Source: Geosiphon pyriformis uo1 (Eukaryota > Fungi > Glomeromycota). From it: 7,711 nucleotides of DNA. Position numbers and translations under genes: made by a program. The stretch lies in assembly GCA_016748015.1 (NCBI GenBank), contig JAAOMT010000155.1:1-7711 (forward strand), given 5' to 3'. The notes beneath the pieces are model-generated. The model saw only the letters and a list, made by a program, of their open reading frames with translations. It was not told the DNA's origin and did not search any database. Positions within the stretch are counted from its first letter, which is position 1. Every line of letters starts with the position of its first letter. Shown piece after piece: positions 7,291 to 7,711 of this stretch.

Positions 7291-7711
7291 TTGTCCAACC
7301 AAATTGGTCCCCAAACCAAACCAAATTCCCAAACCCGAATGACTGGCCCCAAAAGAATTCCCAAATATGACCCCAACCCCAATCCAACAGGCTACCCATC
7401 ACAATTGGCCAAACATCTAAATTTGGCCCCAAACCCGAATTCAGATTGCTGGCCCCCCCAAATTTGCTCCCAAATACCAATCTCGGCCCAAAATCTACAC
7501 AATTAGCCAAATACTCCATTTGCTCACCCAAATCACAAACCCTATTAGCAAACATCAAATACTACGAATCCAACCCCCATCAACTTACCAAATAGGATCT
7601 TGGATTTCCAGAGCTTCCAAAGGGGGAAGACTCAGTGATGGGGCAATGGCCGCCTCAGGAGGGATAGGGGGGGTAAATCTCATGGAGGGGGGGTCGGAGG
7701 TGGGGGGGGGG

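Overview
I find no credible protein-coding gene in this window; all listed ORFs look like by-products of strong compositional skew. The main signal is on the + strand at about 433-3490. It is a GNRA-hairpin-rich region carrying a long, collinear chain of degenerate motifs from large-subunit (23S-type) rRNA: domain I (~433-650), domain II (~688-1580) and the 3' half of domain V (~3238-3490). Between domains II and V, where domains III-IV should lie, are three more tandem, diverged copies of the domain II core (about H32-H41) at ~1621-2188, 2189-2595 and 2596-2981. The repetition and stem covariation are visible directly in the sequence. Several near-universal peptidyl-transferase nucleotides look eroded. 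A weaker chain of small-subunit (16S-type) 5'-domain motifs lies at ~6944-7290. The rest is non-coding A/C-rich or G-run DNA with dispersed near-palindromic words and short duplications. All rRNA assignments are by-eye comparisons with consensus motifs recalled from memory and need a covariance-model search. The source (fast-evolving organelle, decaying rDNA or mobile element) cannot be determined from the window.
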